Positions 1 through 10,436 are shown, counted from the first letter of the stretch. The stretch: 64,000 bases of DNA from Candidatus Fermentibacteraceae bacterium (GCA_041750285.1 JBGSZS010000013.1:17220-81219); one strand, 5' to 3'. Notes: generated by a model from the sequence alone, not told the origin. Made by a program: numbers and translations.

Positions 1-928
1 GCCAGTCCAGGGACTCCTGGGCCACCCGTCTGAAAAGCGGTCTGCCCGTGACCTGGAATGCTTCGGTGAAGATTCCCGCCAGAAGCGCGTTGTCGTAGAG
101 CATCTTCTCGAAGTGGGGAACCAGCCAGTGGTCATCCGTGCTGTACCGGTGAAACCCCCCTCCCAACTGGTCGCAGACACCTCCACGGGCCATTCCGTCG
201 AGAGTCCTCTCGACCATCTCAAGGGATTCGCCGTTCCCCGTGACATGGTGGTGGCGAAGAAGGAACTCCAGCACCATGGGCTGCGGGAACTTCGGAGCAC
301 CACCGAATCCCCCGTGCCTTGGGTCATGGCTTCTCTTCATTTCCGAAAAAGCCGAACCGATCAGGTCATCGTCCGGCGGCCGGAGGGCGGCACGGATGCC
401 TGAATGACGCTCGATGCTGTCACACAGGTCCCTTCCGGACGCAACAAGGTCGGTCTTCCTGTGGCGATAGGCTTCCGCAACCCTTCCAAGGACGGTGCAA
501 AAGCCCGGCATCCCGTATCGGGAAGCCTTCTCTTCGGGTGGAAAGTATGTACCGCCGTAGAATGGCGTTCCGTCAGGCAGGAGGAAGACGCTGAGCGGCC
601 ATCCGCCCCGGCCGGTCAGGGCGGATACGGCCGTCATGTATACCCCGTCAAGGTCGGGTCTTTCCTCCCTGTCGACCTTCACGCATACGAACAGGCTGTT
701 AAGGATCCCTGCAGTATCAACGTCCATGAAGCTCTCACGCTCCATGACGTGGCACCAGTGACAGGCCATGTACCCTATGCTCAGGAAGATCGGCCTGTCG
801 AGGCTTCTGGCTTTCTCAAAGGCTTCGGGACCCCATGGGTGCCAGTCCACCGGGTTATGTGCATGGGCGCGCAGGTAGGGACTGCTCTGATCGATGAGAG
901 CGTTCGTGAAGGCGTGCTCTTCGGCCAG
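1..928 (-). CDS. Thioredoxin-domain protein, YyaL/SSP411 family (3' end runs off window)
   Basis: Manual translation gives [25 protein letters not shown] ... [33 protein letters not shown]. Apparent CTG start 5 nt after AAGGAGG. Confidence 0.9.
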   Translation of the reverse strand, partial: MAEEHAFTNALIDQSSPYLRAHAHNPVDWHPWGPEAFEKARSLDRPIFLSIGYMACHWCHVMERESFMDVDTAGILNSLFVCVKVDREERPDLDGVYMTAVSALTGRGGWPLSVFLLPDGTPFYGGTYFPPEEKASRYGMPGFCTVLGRVAEAYRHRKTDLVASGRDLCDSIERHSGIRAALRPPDDDLIGSAFSEMKRSHDPRHGGFGGAPKFPQPMVLEFLLRHHHVTGNGESLEMVERTLDGMARGGVCDQLGGGFHRYSTDDHWLVPHFEKMLYDNALLAGIFTEAFQVTGRPLFRRVAQESLDW

Positions 929-947
929 GATAGCCTCCTTCAGCCTT

Positions 948-2429
948 TCAGTGCAAAAAATGCCTCACACCGGTGAAAACCATCGCGATCCCGTTCAGGT
1001 TGCACGCCTCGATCACCTCTTCGTCGCGAATCGAGCCACCGGGTTGGATGATGGCCTTCACCCCGGCCCTTGCAGCTTGTTCGGGGCCGTCGCGGAAGGG
1101 GAAGTAGGCATCGCTGGCCAGGACAGAGCCCGCAAGGTCGTTGCCCTCCCTGAGCGCCCTTCTTATGGCGAGGTCGAGGCTTTCGACCCGGCTGGGCTGA
1201 CCTATGCCCACGCCGAGCGTGCCCTTGCTGTCGCCTATCACAATGGCGTTGCTCTTCACTCCCTTGACCACGCGCCAGGCTATGTCCATGGCTTCAGTTT
1301 CCCGGTCGGTGGGCTTCCTTCCGGTGACCGTGGTCCATGTTCCAACGGATTCGATGGCGCTGTCCTGCTCCTGTATCAGTAGTCCGCCCCATATGCTTCT
1401 GACGGTGGGCAGGGTGTCGCGTGCAGGGGTCAGCTCGATGATCCTCAGGTTCGGACGCTTCATCAGCCTTTTCCTGGCATCTTCGGCATAGCCGGGGGCG
1501 ATGATGACCTCGAGGAAAAGCTCTTTCAGCCTTGCGGTGAGTTCTGCGTCGATGATCCTGTTGCACGCCAGTATGCCGCCGTATGGGCTTTGCCTGTCGG
1601 CCCTGAAGGCGTGCTCGAAGGCTTCGGTCGGAGTGCTTCCGACTCCGGCGCCGCATGGGTTCCCATGTTTGAGGAGTACGACTGCGGCACGGTTGACGGG
1701 AAGATCCGCCACCAGCGCGCATGCCGCTGAAGCGTCGGCGTAGTTGTTGAAACTCATCGCCTTGCCGCCCGGGATCAGGGCTTCCGCAAAGCCCCTCTTC
1801 GGTTCGGTGAAGTGGATCCTGGCCTTCTGGTGGGGGTTCTCGCCGTACCTGAGCACCGGTGTGAAACCTTCCTCGAGTTTCAATGCGACCTGCATGTCGT
1901 AGGCGCTGGTGAGGCTGAAGGTTCTCGCCGCCATTCTTCTTCTGAACCCGGGTGTGTTCCCGCCGTTCTCGAGGGCATCCAGCACTTCGGGAAAGCTGTC
2001 CACTCCCACTGCGCTCACGACGTGGGCCCAGTTCTTCGCCGCCGCTCTGGCCATCGTTGGTCCACCGACGTCCACAAGCTCTATGGCTTCACGGGAATCC
2101 GCGGGGAGATCCAACGCCTTGTGGAACGGGTAGTAATCCACGGCGACAATGTCGAACACAACCCTGCCTTCGCTCATCCTCTGTTCCCGGTCGGCTCCGT
2201 CGGCGAGTATCGCCGCGTGCAGCTCGGGGTGAAGGGTCTTCACCCTTCCACCAAGGAGGGAGACCACACCGGTGATCTTTTCGGTAGGGACAACGGGTAT
2301 TCCCTGCTTCTCTATCTCGGCTGCGGTGCCCCCGGAAGCGTACAGGGTGTAGCCCAGTCCGAAAAGCCCCCGGGCGAACGACGCAAGGCCGGTTTTGTCG
2401 TAAACGCTGATTAGCGCCGCCTTAGCCAT
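948..2429 (-). CDS. purH: Bifunctional AICAR transformylase/IMP cyclohydrolase
   Basis: [50 protein letters not shown]. Start moved to MAKAALISV. Confidence 0.97.
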   Translation of the reverse strand: MAKAALISVYDKTGLASFARGLFGLGYTLYASGGTAAEIEKQGIPVVPTEKITGVVSLLGGRVKTLHPELHAAILADGADREQRMSEGRVVFDIVAVDYYPFHKALDLPADSREAIELVDVGGPTMARAAAKNWAHVVSAVGVDSFPEVLDALENGGNTPGFRRRMAARTFSLTSAYDMQVALKLEEGFTPVLRYGENPHQKARIHFTEPKRGFAEALIPGGKAMSFNNYADASAACALVADLPVNRAAVVLLKHGNPCGAGVGSTPTEAFEHAFRADRQSPYGGILACNRIIDAELTARLKELFLEVIIAPGYAEDARKRLMKRPNLRIIELTPARDTLPTVRSIWGGLLIQEQDSAIESVGTWTTVTGRKPTDRETEAMDIAWRVVKGVKSNAIVIGDSKGTLGVGIGQPSRVESLDLAIRRALREGNDLAGSVLASDAYFPFRDGPEQAARAGVKAIIQPGGSIRDEEVIEACNLNGIAMVFTGVRHFLH

Positions 2430-3174
2430 TGTCTCGGAACCACCTTTCCGCATTGAACGATGGGATGGGGTTGCGCTTGTGGTGGCTGGCCCCATGGAGC
2501 CTGCCGATCCTTTCTGCGGCTTCCTCCGAAACCGTAGAGGGCCCCCCGGTGAAATAGCTCCTTATCTCGCTGTAGCTCACGCCCATTTCGCCTTCGTCGC
2601 TCTGGCCGGGCCACAACCCCGCCGATGGAACCCTTTCTGTGGTCCAGCGGGGAAGCTCCAGCGCCTCCGCGAGCTTGATCACCTGATCCTTGAAAAGTCC
2701 CAGCAGCGGATGGAAATCGGCCACGCCGTCACCCCATTTGGTCCAGTAACCTGCAAGGTACTCGGAACGGTTGGATGTGCCGGCCACGAGCCTTCCTCCC
2801 GCACGGGCGTAGACTGTGGCCATCCTGAGCCTTGCCTTCAGGTTGCCCATGTTCATCCGGTCTGAGCGGTCCAGTCCGCCGGCTTTCACCATTTCATCCA
2901 GAACTGCATCCAATCGCACGATCCTGCTTTCGATGCCCAGAAGGTCTGCGATCCTTCTCCCGTCCCTCTCGTCGTCAGGGTGGTTCCCGCAGGGCATCAT
3001 CATTCCAAGGACGCGGTCACTCCCCAGCGCACCTGCGCACAGGGCTGCGCTGACGCAGCTGTCCAGTCCTCCGCTCAGCCCGAGCACCACCCCCGTCGCG
3101 CCGGCGTTCTCCACCGTCTCCCTGATCCAGGACCGAATCGCTTCCGCGAGCCCGCAATAGGTTCCTTCCTTCAT
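2422..3174 (-). CDS. nadE: NH3-dependent NAD+ synthetase
   Basis: LGLSGGLDS, NLKARLRM, TKWGDG, PSAGLWPGQSDE. Confidence 0.95.
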   Translation of the reverse strand: MKEGTYCGLAEAIRSWIRETVENAGATGVVLGLSGGLDSCVSAALCAGALGSDRVLGMMMPCGNHPDDERDGRRIADLLGIESRIVRLDAVLDEMVKAGGLDRSDRMNMGNLKARLRMATVYARAGGRLVAGTSNRSEYLAGYWTKWGDGVADFHPLLGLFKDQVIKLAEALELPRWTTERVPSAGLWPGQSDEGEMGVSYSEIRSYFTGGPSTVSEEAAERIGRLHGASHHKRNPIPSFNAERWFRDNG

Positions 3175-5207
3175 TCACTGCTCCTGTCCGGCACTGGAGT
3201 GAGCGTGAGTTGTCTCTGAAGGGGGTCGGCCTCGATGACCGCCACTGAAAGCAGCATTCCCGGAGCACCCCCTCCGGCGAGCCTTATCGCAGCCCGGCGA
3301 AGGATCGGGGCAGGAATGAACCCCTCGACCGGAACGTCCAGAAGTCTCACGAACACACCGAAATCCTTCACATCACTTACCATTCCCCTGAACACGCTCC
3401 CGCGTCTTTCCGAGAGGTAAAGAAGCGCCATGAGTTCGACCGAATCCCACTCCGACTGGGCGGCCCGTCTTTCGAGGCCGCTGCAGACCTCGGCAAGCAG
3501 GTTCATGTTCCTGTCACCGTCAGCCATACCCGCCGCTTCGTACTGCGCAAGGGCCTGATGGACCACCAGGTCGGGGTAACGGCGGATCGGGCTGGTGAAA
3601 TGCATGTAGCTCTCGAGTGCGAGACCGTAGTGACCAAGGTTTGATGGGCTGTACACCGCCTTTTGAAGGGCCCTCAGCGCGGCCTGCCTGATGAGGGGCC
3701 ACTGGGAAAGACCCCTGGCCCTCCTGAGAAAGGCTGCGTACTCGAGGGGGTCGGGAACACCTTTGCTCCCGAGGCTGACCTCAAAGGTCGATAGTTTTCC
3801 CCGAAGTCTGTCCATGGAATCGGGTGTCGGGTCGCCGTGAATCCTGAAAAGCACCGGCAGGTCTAGCCAGAGGCAGTAATCAGCCACTGCACGGTTCGCC
3901 TCGACCATGAAGTTCTCTATCATTCCGTGGGCCATGTCATCCGGGACGGGATCGAAGCCCTCGGGCATGCCGTCGCCGCCGAAACGTGTCCTGAACTCCA
4001 CCGAGCCAAGGTCGAGAGCGCCCCTCTCGCCCTTTCGCCGGTCAAGTATGCCGTTGAGCCCAAGAATCACCCTGAAAAGCTCCTCAAGTTCCGGGTCTCC
4101 CTGGTAGTCGCCCTTCATAAGGTCGAGGGCCTGTTCGTAGGTCAGCCTTCTCCGCGACCTGATGATCGTGGGTCTGACCGTGAAATCCGTTCGTTTCCCG
4201 CTTCTGTCGAAGACCATGAAAACGGATCTCGTGAGCCGGTCTTCGTTGGGGCGAAGGCTGCAGGCGCCGTTGGACAGGACTTCGGGAATCATTGGGATCA
4301 CACGGTCCGGAAGGTACACGCTGGTGCCGCGCGCACGCGCCTCGGCATCCACCATCGATCCCGGCGGCGCGAAAAAGGCAACGTCGGCGATGTGGACTCC
4401 CAGGCGGTATCCCCCGTCGGGCAGCTCCTCCACCGAGACGGCGTCGTCGAAATCACGGGCGTCAACCGGGTCGACCGTGATCGTGAACAGGTCCCTCACG
4501 TCCAGCCTGTCGGCCGTGTTCACAGGTTTGACCGCCGCGTGCTCCGCCTCCTCAAGGACCTCGTCCATGAATGGTCCGGGAAGGCTCCTGTCGGTGCAGA
4601 CCGAATCGATGAGTGCGCCCGGTGAGGAGGGGCTTCCCAGCGTTGTCCCCAGAACGGCCTTGGGGCGCGATGACCTGAAGTCGAGTTCGCCGGTCACAAT
4701 CTTGCCCGCCTCCAGTGTCCCGTCACCGGTTTCAAGGGGGATGCCCCTGGGCAGTCTGGGATCAACAGGGTCGAGGACCCATCCCTCGCCGGCCCTTCTG
4801 GAAACACCGGCAATCCTCGTCTGGGTTCTTTCCAGTATCTCGATGACCCTGCCTTTGTAGCTCTTCAGGTCGGGCATGGGCTCAAGCACCCTGAGCATCA
4901 CCCGGTCGCCGTGCCAGGCGCCCCTTGTGTCCCTTGGCTCTATGTTCACCTGTTCACCGTTCGGAAGCCTCACGCGGGCTGAGCCGTCGGTTCTTGAGAT
5001 GAGTTCCCCGGTGGTCATTCCAAGAGTTTCTATGAGAGCGTACGCACCCTTGCCGGTCCGGGCTATCCTGCCCTCCATGAGAAGCTTTTCGAGGGCACCG
5101 TCCACATCCCTCAGCTCCTGCGGCAACCTCTTCCTCAAAGCCTTCAAGTCCAGTCTGCCCGCTTTTTCAAGAAGCTCGAGTATGGCTGCTGCAGTATCAC
5201 CCTGCAT
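3171..5207 (-). CDS. rnr: Ribonuclease R (RNB family)
   Basis: DPVDARDFDDA, RGTSVY, HFTSPIRRYPD, C-terminal S1 domain. Confidence 0.93.
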   Translation of the reverse strand: MQGDTAAAILELLEKAGRLDLKALRKRLPQELRDVDGALEKLLMEGRIARTGKGAYALIETLGMTTGELISRTDGSARVRLPNGEQVNIEPRDTRGAWHGDRVMLRVLEPMPDLKSYKGRVIEILERTQTRIAGVSRRAGEGWVLDPVDPRLPRGIPLETGDGTLEAGKIVTGELDFRSSRPKAVLGTTLGSPSSPGALIDSVCTDRSLPGPFMDEVLEEAEHAAVKPVNTADRLDVRDLFTITVDPVDARDFDDAVSVEELPDGGYRLGVHIADVAFFAPPGSMVDAEARARGTSVYLPDRVIPMIPEVLSNGACSLRPNEDRLTRSVFMVFDRSGKRTDFTVRPTIIRSRRRLTYEQALDLMKGDYQGDPELEELFRVILGLNGILDRRKGERGALDLGSVEFRTRFGGDGMPEGFDPVPDDMAHGMIENFMVEANRAVADYCLWLDLPVLFRIHGDPTPDSMDRLRGKLSTFEVSLGSKGVPDPLEYAAFLRRARGLSQWPLIRQAALRALQKAVYSPSNLGHYGLALESYMHFTSPIRRYPDLVVHQALAQYEAAGMADGDRNMNLLAEVCSGLERRAAQSEWDSVELMALLYLSERRGSVFRGMVSDVKDFGVFVRLLDVPVEGFIPAPILRRAAIRLAGGGAPGMLLSVAVIEADPLQRQLTLTPVPDRSSE

Positions 5208-5961
5208 TTGTCACACTCCTGAGAGTTGCCGAGCCTTCGGCGTTTTCCGTTCGCCGCACCAGCAGTAGACAGCCTGCACGGCCTGCAAGGCCGCCTGCAG
5301 CGCAGATGACCGTACCGGCCATCTCGCATCCGGGGAGCATGGGCTCGCCAGCCCCCTTCGGACGTTGCCAGACAAGTGTCAATGAGTTTTCCGTGCTTTC
5401 CGCCGTGAGTGAACCGGTACCTCCGAGGCACAGGACCGACCATGTAGCCATGCCCAGAAGAGCTCCGTAAGCCGCCGCGGGATCACGGCTGTCAGGAACG
5501 GACATGCGGTCCAGCGAGGAGAGCCCTGTGGCGTCTATGCTTCTTCCACATGCAAGGGTGATGAACCTGGTCAGCCTTGCCAGTGGTGAGACCGAAGCGG
5601 CAGCCCTTTCGAGACTGGGATGCGTGGCTTCGGCAAGATCCCTGAGGAACCTTGTCACCCCTCCGGCGGATTCCGCCGCGTCCCTCACCTTCGGGATGGC
5701 GCGGTTCACGTTGTCGGGCAGGAACAATGATGCCAGTTCGGCGTTCCCGAGGACTCCCACGAGCATGTTGTTGATGTTGTGGATGTGGTACGGCAGAAGA
5801 AGGCCCACGAATGCATTCGCCGTCATCCTCTGGTTGCCCTGCTCAGAAGCGGCTCTCATGACCGGCAGAAGCCCGGGGGTGAGGTTTTCCATATCCAGTC
5901 CCGGCAGATCATCGCGGCCGAAACCGATCCTGAAACCGTCCGAGGTTTCGATAACGCTCAT
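5197..5961 (-). CDS. Degenerate histidine-kinase-like protein (HisKA-like helix, no intact ATP-binding boxes)
   Basis: HIHNINNMLVGVLGNAELA resembles the H-box AHDFNNLLxxILGNAEL. ATG overlaps the rarA stop. Confidence 0.55.
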   Translation of the reverse strand: MSVIETSDGFRIGFGRDDLPGLDMENLTPGLLPVMRAASEQGNQRMTANAFVGLLLPYHIHNINNMLVGVLGNAELASLFLPDNVNRAIPKVRDAAESAGGVTRFLRDLAEATHPSLERAAASVSPLARLTRFITLACGRSIDATGLSSLDRMSVPDSRDPAAAYGALLGMATWSVLCLGGTGSLTAESTENSLTLVWQRPKGAGEPMLPGCEMAGTVICAAGGLAGRAGCLLLVRRTENAEGSATLRSVTNAG

Positions 5962-7274
5962 TCCCTCCCCTTTCGCCTTGCGGCGTCTCTTCTTTCTCTC
6001 CATTCCGCAAGGATTTGCGATATGCGTTCCTCCCGGCCCCTTCCTCCGGGGATGTATATCTCCCGTTCCGAAAGAGCGTCCGGAAAGTTGGAGTGAGTCA
6101 CCAGCCCCTCCTCCGAATCGTGGGCGTACTGATAACCCTTCCCGTAGTCAAGCGTCTTCATCAGTGCCGTGGGAGCATTCCGGAGATGAAGGGGTACCGG
6201 AAGGCTGCCTTCCTCTTCAGCGAGCTTCGCCGCCCTTCCCCAAGCCGTGTAGATCGAATTGGACTTCGGGGCCAGGGCAAGGTAAACAACAGCCTCTGCC
6301 AGAGCAAGATCGCCCTCGGGAGAACCCAGGAAACGGTAACAGTCAACAGCCCTCATTGCCACTGTGAGAGCGGATGGATCGGCGATACCGATGTCTTCGG
6401 TTGCGAATCTCACTATCCTTCGGCCAATGTAGAGAGGGTCATCCCCGGACAGGATCATCCGGGCAAGCCAGTAGAGTGATGCATCCACGTCGCTGGAGCG
6501 CATGGACTTGTGCAGCGCACTGATGTGGTTGAAGTGTTCTTCCCCGCTTCTGTCGTAGAGGAGTGGGGCTGACCTGAGCACCTTCCTTGCCGCTTCGACG
6601 GTCACCGCTTCATCACCGGCGCTTCCCGCAACCGTTTCGAGAAGGTTCAGAGCCCTCCTGGCATCGCCGTCGGCGGCCAGTGCAAGAATGCGCACCACAT
6701 CCGCCGGGATCCGTGCCCTGTACCGCTGGGCGAAGACTGGATGATCCAGTGCACGCTGCATGAGAGCGCACAGGTTATCAACCGGTATCGTCCTGAGAAC
6801 ATAGACCGCGCATCTGCTCAATAGAGGCGCGTTCACGTGAAATGACGGGTTCTCGGTGGTTGCTCCGCACAGCCTTATGGTCCCGTTTTCGACATGAGGA
6901 AGAAATGCGTCCTGCTGAGCGCGGTTGAACCTGTGGATCTCATCCACGAAAAGCATCGTTGCACCGCCGGTCTGCCTGAGCTCGGCAGCTCTGGCTACGA
7001 TCTTCCTGACGTCGGCCACGCCGCCGGTTACCGCGCTGAACCTTACAAAGGTTTCCCCTCCCCTTGCGGCCACGGCCAGCGCAAGGGTGGTCTTGCCCGT
7101 GCCGGGCGGACCCCAGAGTATGAAGGAACCCAGCGATCCGGTTTCGAGTGCTCTTCTAAAGGGGGCACCCTGCGCCAGAAGATGCTCCTGACCGACGATA
7201 TCATCCAGAGCGTCAGGCCTCAGCGCTTCCGCGAGCGGCGTGTCGGAGGGATTCCGAAAGAGGTTTTCATTCAT
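5958..7274 (-). CDS. rarA: Replication-associated recombination protein A (AAA+)
   Basis: PLAEALRP, WGPPGTGKTT, FVDEIHRFN, ATTENPSF, ISALHKSMR. Confidence 0.95.
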   Translation of the reverse strand: MNENLFRNPSDTPLAEALRPDALDDIVGQEHLLAQGAPFRRALETGSLGSFILWGPPGTGKTTLALAVAARGGETFVRFSAVTGGVADVRKIVARAAELRQTGGATMLFVDEIHRFNRAQQDAFLPHVENGTIRLCGATTENPSFHVNAPLLSRCAVYVLRTIPVDNLCALMQRALDHPVFAQRYRARIPADVVRILALAADGDARRALNLLETVAGSAGDEAVTVEAARKVLRSAPLLYDRSGEEHFNHISALHKSMRSSDVDASLYWLARMILSGDDPLYIGRRIVRFATEDIGIADPSALTVAMRAVDCYRFLGSPEGDLALAEAVVYLALAPKSNSIYTAWGRAAKLAEEEGSLPVPLHLRNAPTALMKTLDYGKGYQYAHDSEEGLVTHSNFPDALSEREIYIPGGRGREERISQILAEWRERRDAARRKGRE

Positions 7275-7281
7275 GGGAAGC

Positions 7282-7287
7282 ATTATA
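7282..7287 (-). promoter_or_regulatory. -10 element (TATAAT) 7 nt upstream of rarA ATG; probable leaderless transcript
   Basis: TATAAT-GCTTCCC-ATG on the minus strand, with no SD. Confidence 0.5.
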
Positions 7288-7346
7288 GAAAGCCGCGGGA
7301 AAATCCGCTACAACATGAGACACACGGGTCTTGCAGAACTGCAATG

Positions 7347-7382
7347 AAAGGAGGGGCAATCACTAGTGACTGCCCCCCTTTT
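7347..7382. terminator. Intrinsic terminator hairpin
   Basis: AAAGGAGGGGCA...TGCCCCCCTTTT inverted repeat downstream of the 7425-8417 gene. Confidence 0.75.
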
Positions 7383-7424
7383 CTTTACCTCAGTAAACTA
7401 ATTTATCTAAGTCCGTCCCCAAGG

Positions 7425-8417
7425 CTACTGCTGCTGCTGCATGAGGCCCTGGAGCATCATGGCGGCGGGGATGGTCTGGGTGGCGGGGCCGGGAATGAGG
7501 TCCTCGGCTCCGTCGAAACCGAAGCCGCTGACGTAGATCCGTCCGCCTTCGTTCTCCGGGTCGATAGGGTCTGCCGAAGCTTCCGCGAGGGGGAAGATGG
7601 GAAGCTCATTGCTGAAAGCGAGGTTGATCGTGCCCTCGTCGGGGTGGGTGATGGCAAGGGTGAGGCAGCCGATGGTCTCGTTGGCAACGGTCACGTCCTC
7701 GTAGTCGAGCACGAATTCGGCCTCCTGCACCTTGGTGAAGAATTCCTGGAAGCTCGAGTCGGATTCAGCGCTGATCTGGGCGCCGGCCTGGTCGAACATA
7801 TCGGGGTTCTGGGCGATCATGGACTCGACCATTTCGGGAACACCGGTCATGTCGATGGCGATGATCTCATCCTCGGACTTGATCTTGATCATCTTGATGG
7901 AACGGACGAAGGTCAGCATGCGGGCGGGGTCGTCCTCGGGCATGAACAGCTGCGAGGCGTTGCCTTCGGCGAAATTGGCCTGAAGCCATGCCGTGGGGTC
8001 GTCGCCCATCTCGGAAACGAAGACCTGCATCTCATCCTTGAGGGTGTCGAACATGGCCTGATCGAGCAGTATCTGGAAAACTGCATCTTCCACGGCTATC
8101 TGGTACCAGAGGCAGGTGACTCCCGCCACGTCCTCGCTTCTGAGGATGGCGATGGAGAATTCGCCTTCCGCCTGGTCGCTGCTGAAGGAGATCCACTGGC
8201 CCGGTGCGGCCTCGGGCATCCCGTCCATCACGGCGATGAAGTCTTCGGAGGCTTCCCCGAGCACTGCGTCCGCGTCGCCGGTTACAGGTTCTTCCGGTGT
8301 TGCGGTCTCCCCATTGCCCTCATCGGTTGCAACGGGGGCGGGGTCCTCGCCGCAGCCTGAGAAAAGAAGTGTCACCCCGAGAAGAAGGGCGAAGATCATC
8401 GTGCGTCTGAAAAGCAT
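7425..8417 (-). CDS. Hypothetical acidic lipoprotein
   Basis: Lipobox LFSG-C, 330-aa ORF, SD AAAGGAG. Confidence 0.8.
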   Translation of the reverse strand: MLFRRTMIFALLLGVTLLFSGCGEDPAPVATDEGNGETATPEEPVTGDADAVLGEASEDFIAVMDGMPEAAPGQWISFSSDQAEGEFSIAILRSEDVAGVTCLWYQIAVEDAVFQILLDQAMFDTLKDEMQVFVSEMGDDPTAWLQANFAEGNASQLFMPEDDPARMLTFVRSIKMIKIKSEDEIIAIDMTGVPEMVESMIAQNPDMFDQAGAQISAESDSSFQEFFTKVQEAEFVLDYEDVTVANETIGCLTLAITHPDEGTINLAFSNELPIFPLAEASADPIDPENEGGRIYVSGFGFDGAEDLIPGPATQTIPAAMMLQGLMQQQQ

Positions 8418-8806
8418 CAGTTACTCCTTTCGACATTGGTGGGTACGGCAGGCTGTTTCCCGCTGCAGACGCAGCGGCAGAAGCCATGGTAGATAGCGCA
8501 TATGCCTCCGAAAATCGAGAAAAGCCCCCAGAACAGGGGAAAACCGAAGATGTGTGCAAGGTCGGGTTTCGCGTGGGGGAGAAGGTAGATGCCCAGGGTC
8601 GTAAGAAAGCATCCGCAGACAACTATCACATGCCCGAGGAGGACCGTAAGCCTGCGTCCGCCCCTCCAGCCGAGAACCAGAAGGCACAGACCTATAACAA
8701 CGGGGACGAAAACCGACGGGTTGCCGCTGGCAAAGACGCCCCACGACCCGATACCGGTGAGGGCGGCTCCAATCCAGAAGGGAACAGGCGACTTCATCCT
8801 ACTCAT
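8417..8806 (-). CDS. Small 4-TM membrane protein with C-terminal HGFCRCVC
   Basis: Hydrophobic helices; overlaps both neighbours in operon fashion. Confidence 0.7.
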   Translation of the reverse strand: MSRMKSPVPFWIGAALTGIGSWGVFASGNPSVFVPVVIGLCLLVLGWRGGRRLTVLLGHVIVVCGCFLTTLGIYLLPHAKPDLAHIFGFPLFWGLFSIFGGICAIYHGFCRCVCSGKQPAVPTNVERSN

Positions 8807-9341
8807 CGACTTCGATCTCCATGAGCGAGTAAACGGGAAGCCCCGTTTCCCTCAGATGCCGGGCGCCTCCCAGGGTAGTCAGGTCGATCATGAACGCAGC
8901 CGCAACGGGGATCGAGCCGTCCTTCCTGATCAGTGACGCGGCAGCCGCTGCGCTCCCGCCCGTTGCAACAAGGTCATCCACTATCAGAACCCGGCTTCCC
9001 CGGGGTACCGAGTCCCGGTGCATCTCGACCGTGTTCGTGCCGTACTCCAGCGAATACTCCTGCGAGAGTGTGTCGGCCGGAAGCTTTCCGGGCTTCCTTA
9101 TGAGAACGAGCGGGATGCTCCGGCGGGCTGCGAGTACCGCCCCGAATACGAACCCCCTGGACTCGATGGAGGCAACGGCGTTGAATTCCACACCGGCAAG
9201 AAGATCCTCGAGGTGGGTGACAGCGTCTCCGAGAGCCCCCGGGTGGGCGAGCACGGTCGTGATGTCCTTGAATTGAATGCCCGGTATGGGAAAGTCCGGA
9301 ACGTTCCTGATGAGGCCTTCTATCTGTTCAACGCTGAGCAT
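8799..9341 (-). CDS. apt: Adenine phosphoribosyltransferase
   Basis: PDFPIPGIQFKDIT, IESRGF, RKPGKLP, VLIVDDLVATGGS. Confidence 0.97.
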   Translation of the reverse strand: MLSVEQIEGLIRNVPDFPIPGIQFKDITTVLAHPGALGDAVTHLEDLLAGVEFNAVASIESRGFVFGAVLAARRSIPLVLIRKPGKLPADTLSQEYSLEYGTNTVEMHRDSVPRGSRVLIVDDLVATGGSAAAAASLIRKDGSIPVAAAFMIDLTTLGGARHLRETGLPVYSLMEIEVDE

Positions 9342-9801
9342 CCCGTTTCCCTTCCGCTTGTCTTACGAACGCGATCATTTCGTCAACGGTATTCACCGGC
9401 GTCACGCCGGGGATCGAAGACCACTCCCCCATGGCGCATACCGGCTTTCCTGCCTGCAGGGCAAAGGCTATCTCGGAGAGCGTTCCGTAGCCGCCGTCGA
9501 TGGCGCACACCACAAAGCCGGAGAGAACCACGGCCCTGTTTCGTGCCGACCCGATACCTGTGGGAATGGGAATGCCCACGAAGGGGTTGGCATCCTGTGG
9601 CCTGTCACCCTGAAGTATTCCCACGGTGACGCCACCCCGGGATGCGGCGCCCTCACAGACTGCCGCCATCACACCCCCCATGCCGCCACAGACCACGGCG
9701 TACCCGCCTGCAGCGAGTTCCACACCGAGAAGCCGGGCGGCATCCAGGAAGGAGGATTGCGCGGATGCCCCCCCAATGACACTGACAAACTTCATCCGCA
9801 C
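9328..9801 (-). CDS. TIGR00725/LOG-like Rossmann-fold protein
   Basis: VCGGMGGVMAAVCEGA, TGIGSARN, GGYGTLSEIAFAL. Confidence 0.88.
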   Translation of the reverse strand: MRMKFVSVIGGASAQSSFLDAARLLGVELAAGGYAVVCGGMGGVMAAVCEGAASRGGVTVGILQGDRPQDANPFVGIPIPTGIGSARNRAVVLSGFVVCAIDGGYGTLSEIAFALQAGKPVCAMGEWSSIPGVTPVNTVDEMIAFVRQAEGKRDAQR

Positions 9802-9813
9802 TCCAGGGATGGA

Positions 9814-9891
9814 TGGTCGGGGCGAGAGGATTCGAACCTCCGGCCTCCTAGTCCCGAACCAGGCGCGCTAACCGGACTGCGCTACGCCCCG
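9814..9891 (-). tRNA. tRNA-Pro(CGG)
   Basis: CGGGGCGTAGCGCAG...CCTGG-TTCGGGA-CTAGG...GTTCGAATC...CCCCGACCA. Confidence 0.97.
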
Positions 9892-9911
9892 ACGATCGAC
9901 AGGGGTCAAAT

Positions 9912-10436
9912 CTAAAGAAGAAAGCCCAAAGCCGCAAACACACCCGTCACGATGAGCATGACCACCGCCCCGGCCACACAGACACCCAGGGCAATCGACG
10001 GAAGGGCGAGCCTGCGCGGAATCCCGAAAAGAAACGCGGCCATGGCTCCCGTCCAGGCGCCGGTCACCGGAAGGGGAATCGCCACGAAAACCGCCAGCCC
10101 CAAAGCCCTGTACTTCTCGACATTGGCGCCGGCCTTCCTTCTGGTCCTCTCGAAGAGCCATTTGAAGAACCTGTCGAAGAGGCTCCAGCGGGAGAGCCAT
10201 CCACTGACAGGCCCGAGGAACCACAGGATGAATGGTACCGGGAGCATGTTCCCGGCCACGGCCAGCAGATACACCTTCCACCAGGGCCAATGCCACGAGT
10301 CGGCCATGAGCGTCATGGCGACCGGAATGCTTGCCCTGAGCTCGGTGAGTGGAAGGGCCGAGATGAGAAGCATTGTCAGTTCCCCCGGCAAGCCAGACAT
10401 CCACCTCAGGATTGCCAGGGCGACGCTTTCACCCAT
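9912..10436 (-). CDS. Small multi-drug export family membrane protein
   Basis: PLTELRASIP, FVAIPLPVTGAWTG. Confidence 0.88.
   Translation of the reverse strand: MGESVALAILRWMSGLPGELTMLLISALPLTELRASIPVAMTLMADSWHWPWWKVYLLAVAGNMLPVPFILWFLGPVSGWLSRWSLFDRFFKWLFERTRRKAGANVEKYRALGLAVFVAIPLPVTGAWTGAMAAFLFGIPRRLALPSIALGVCVAGAVVMLIVTGVFAALGFLL

Noticed and set aside
6894..8360. Long plus-strand ORFs antisense to real genes (also 15924-17552, 22217-23458, 41572-42684, and minus-strand 34151-35626)
   Set aside because: Shadow ORFs expected from high-GC codon bias; no recognisable motifs.
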